DNA of 64,000 nt from Nitrososphaeraceae archaeon (GTDB lineage: Archaea > Thermoproteota > Nitrososphaeria > Nitrososphaerales > Nitrososphaeraceae). A program made the position numbers and the translations under genes. The notes beneath the pieces were generated by a model that made no database searches, had not been told where the DNA came from, and saw nothing but the letters and a program-made list of their open reading frames with translations. The DNA lies in the NCBI GenBank assembly GCA_044870765.1, contig JBIOZG010000032.1:13598-77597 (forward strand). Reading direction: 5' to 3'. Position 1 is the first letter of the stretch. Each line of letters opens with the position of its first letter. This document shows positions 63,325 through 64,000 of the stretch, piece after piece.

Positions 63325-64000
63325 CTAGTCATTACGTTTCCACATCATTTTCCTCATTTCCTTTCCGACAACTTCCAATTGATTATTTTCTAATTGGTTC
63401 ATGAACCTGGCAAATGAATTCTTACCATCCTTTCTGTATACACTTGTCCATTCATTTGCGAACTCTCCGGATTGTATATCCTTTAGAACTTTTTTCATGT
63501 TCTCTTTTACTTGCGAATTTATTATCATTGGTCCTCTTGTGAGACCACCATATCTTGCAGTTTCACTAACCCTGTTGTACATTCCAGTTATTCCATACTT
63601 GTATATCAGATCCACTATCAATTTCAGTTCGTGGAGGCATTCATAATAAGCCACCTCAGGTTGGTAACCTGCTTCTACTAAAGTTTCAAATGCATTAAGA
63701 AGAAGTGAATGTGCACCACCACACAAGTCGACTTGTTCGCCAAACCAATCTGTTTCAACTTCTTCCTTGAAAGTAGTTTCAATTACTCCTGGCCTTGTAC
63801 TCCCTATTGCTTTGGCCAGTCCCAAAACAGTCTTCAGGGCACTTCCAGAATAATCTTGATGAACAGCAATCAACGAAGGAGTGCCGAAACCTTCCTGAAA
63901 CAATTCTCTTACTCTTTGACCCGGTCCCTTTGGAGCGACCATTATTACATCAATATTATTTGGAGGAATAATCCACTTCCAGTGTATAGCTGCCCCATGA
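63325..64000 (-). CDS. ilvC: Ketol-acid reductoisomerase, 5' end outside window
   Basis: MVAPKGPG, ETDWFGEQ..LCGG, AYYECLHELKLIVD, SETARYG. Confidence 0.96.
   Translation of the reverse strand, partial: HGAAIHWKWIIPPNNIDVIMVAPKGPGQRVRELFQEGFGTPSLIAVHQDYSGSALKTVLGLAKAIGSTRPGVIETTFKEEVETDWFGEQVDLCGGAHSLLLNAFETLVEAGYQPEVAYYECLHELKLIVDLIYKYGITGMYNRVSETARYGGLTRGPMIINSQVKENMKKVLKDIQSGEFANEWTSVYRKDGKNSFARFMNQLENNQLEVVGKEMRKMMWKRND

Overview
AT-rich archaeal chromosome segment, almost certainly from a soil-type ammonia-oxidising archaeon (Nitrososphaeraceae). This assignment rests on the unsplit rpoA in an rpoH-rpoB-rpoA-rpl30e-nusA-rps12-rps7 cluster, and on 3-hydroxypropionate/4-hydroxybutyrate cycle genes (acetyl/propionyl-CoA carboxylase, methylmalonyl-CoA epimerase, split mutase, MeaB). 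Other housekeeping genes are ilvBN-leuA-leuB, partial ilvC, proS, nadE, thrC, rpiA, larC/larE and the RFC large subunit. Two accessory regions stand out. The first (~1-15.6 kb) holds an MBL hydrolase-protealysin-emfourin unit, three adjacent divergent paralogues of an uncharacterised domain next to a ~10-TM membrane protein (a second paralogue of which sits at the left edge), and a papain-like protease. The second (~34.6-42.6 kb) is a candidate exopolysaccharide locus built around a hyaluronan-synthase/NodC-like GT2. No rRNA, tRNA, CRISPR array or intact mobile element was recognised. All family assignments come from motif recognition by eye; no searches were run.
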